38,908 bases of DNA from Lachnospiraceae bacterium (GTDB lineage: Bacteria > Bacillota > Clostridia > Lachnospirales > Lachnospiraceae): assembly GCA_003535955.1 (NCBI GenBank), contig DPZM01000024.1:1-38908 (forward strand). The letters run 5' to 3'. Position 1 is the first letter of the stretch. The number at the start of each line of letters is the position of its first letter. The notes under the pieces were generated by a model. The model was not told where the DNA came from, made no database searches, and saw only the letters and a list, made by a program, of their open reading frames with translations. The position numbers and the translations under genes are program-made. Shown here piece by piece: positions 38,510 through 38,908 of this stretch.

Positions 38510-38805
38510 ACTAAAACGTTATGAAACTGATACAGAAGGTGGCTGAGGACGAAGAGCTGTAGGCTAAGATGCAGGCTTTTACCGACGCGGATGAGGCTTA
38601 TGAGTTCGCAAGGTCCATTCAGGATGGGTTTACGAAGGAGGAGTTTGTCACAACCATGGAGGAGCTTAGGGAAAAAATCTCCGACAGCGGTGAGCTCACA
38701 GATGATGATCTTGCCGCCGCCGCGGGGGGAATGTCCACAGCTAGTATTAGTGTTGTAGCTAGCGTGGCTGGTACCGTAGCTATTGGCATAGCGTTTGCTG
38801 TCTGA
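38506..38805 (+). pseudogene. Nif11-like leader / double-Gly RiPP precursor paralogue with two in-frame stops near its 5' end (open part 38569..38805, 78 aa)
   Basis: AGGAG 7 nt before ATG 38506. Translation: MN*NVMKLIQKVAEDEEL*AKMQAFTDADEAYEFARSIQDGFTKEEFVTTMEELREKISDSGELTDDDLAAAAGG-MSTASISVVASVAGTVAIGIAFAV*. TAA at 38512-38514, TAG at 38560-38562. It could still be expressed from ATG 38569, which lacks a clear SD. Confidence 0.6.
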
Positions 38806-38899
38806 TGCCGCAGGCGGATTGAGCGCCTGTCCGGTTAAGGAGGAGAGAGATGTCAAATTATTCAAAATACAAGGAGAGAACTCGGAAGGAGGCATGATC

Positions 38900-38908
38900 A
38901 TGAACGAA
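38900..38908 (+). CDS. start of a third Nif11-like leader precursor gene (cut by window end)
   Basis: AGGAGG (38887-38892) 7 nt before ATG 38900. ATGATCATGAACGAA closely mirrors ATGAACATGAACGAG at 37462-37476. Confidence 0.35.

Noticed and set aside
38512-38562. Stop-codon reassignment or programmed read-through to explain TAA/TAG in the leader
   Set aside because: TAA, TAG and TGA all terminate well-defined housekeeping genes in this window (for example TAA at 1114, TAG at 6430, TGA at 33607). No read-through context is recognisable, so pseudogenisation or sequencing error is simpler.
38425-38901. 158-aa minus-strand ORF
   Set aside because: It is antisense to the methyltransferase 3' end and the Nif11-type precursor. 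The plus-strand reading has clear family features, an SD and paralogues.

Overview
This window looks like a chromosomal segment from an anaerobic Bacillota (Clostridia, Lachnospiraceae-like) genome. The taxonomic guess rests on gene content: GerW/YtfJ, DUF2953, a SpoVB-like flippase and a Gx transporter. From nt 1 to 33609 there is an almost unbroken plus-strand run of housekeeping genes. In order: gltA-like oxidoreductase, a MoxR-DUF58-transglutaminase triad, rlmH, phoH, ybeY, a MOP flippase, an FAD protein, proB, DUF896, 5-FCL, miaB, leuCD, NusG-II/Gx transporter, ruvAB, a secreted coiled-coil protein plus zapA, a U32 peptidase, a SEDS/PBP2 pair, ytfI/ytfJ-like genes, a J-domain protein, asp23-DAK2-recG. 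Only an HD-GYP gene and rpmB lie on the minus strand. Several sigma-A-like promoters and intrinsic terminators can be read directly. The conserved block ends at the recG stop codon. There a 3' fragment of a DDE transposase gene abuts a truncated, nonsense- and frameshift-carrying 5'-nucleotidase remnant. The last ~4.2 kb (34734 to the window end) is an accessory RiPP locus. It holds an 898-aa LanM-type class II lanthipeptide synthetase whose cyclase motifs look degenerate, and a class I SAM methyltransferase. It also has three paralogous starts of Nif11-like leader peptides. One of these continues through a double-Gly site into a Cys-free, Ser/Thr/Ala/Val/Ile/Gly-rich 24-aa core. This locus is cut by the window edge and is the most interesting part. 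It may be related to a reported Lachnospiraceae lanthipeptide (lah) cluster, so its novelty needs checking. By eye I found no rRNA, tRNA or CRISPR array.
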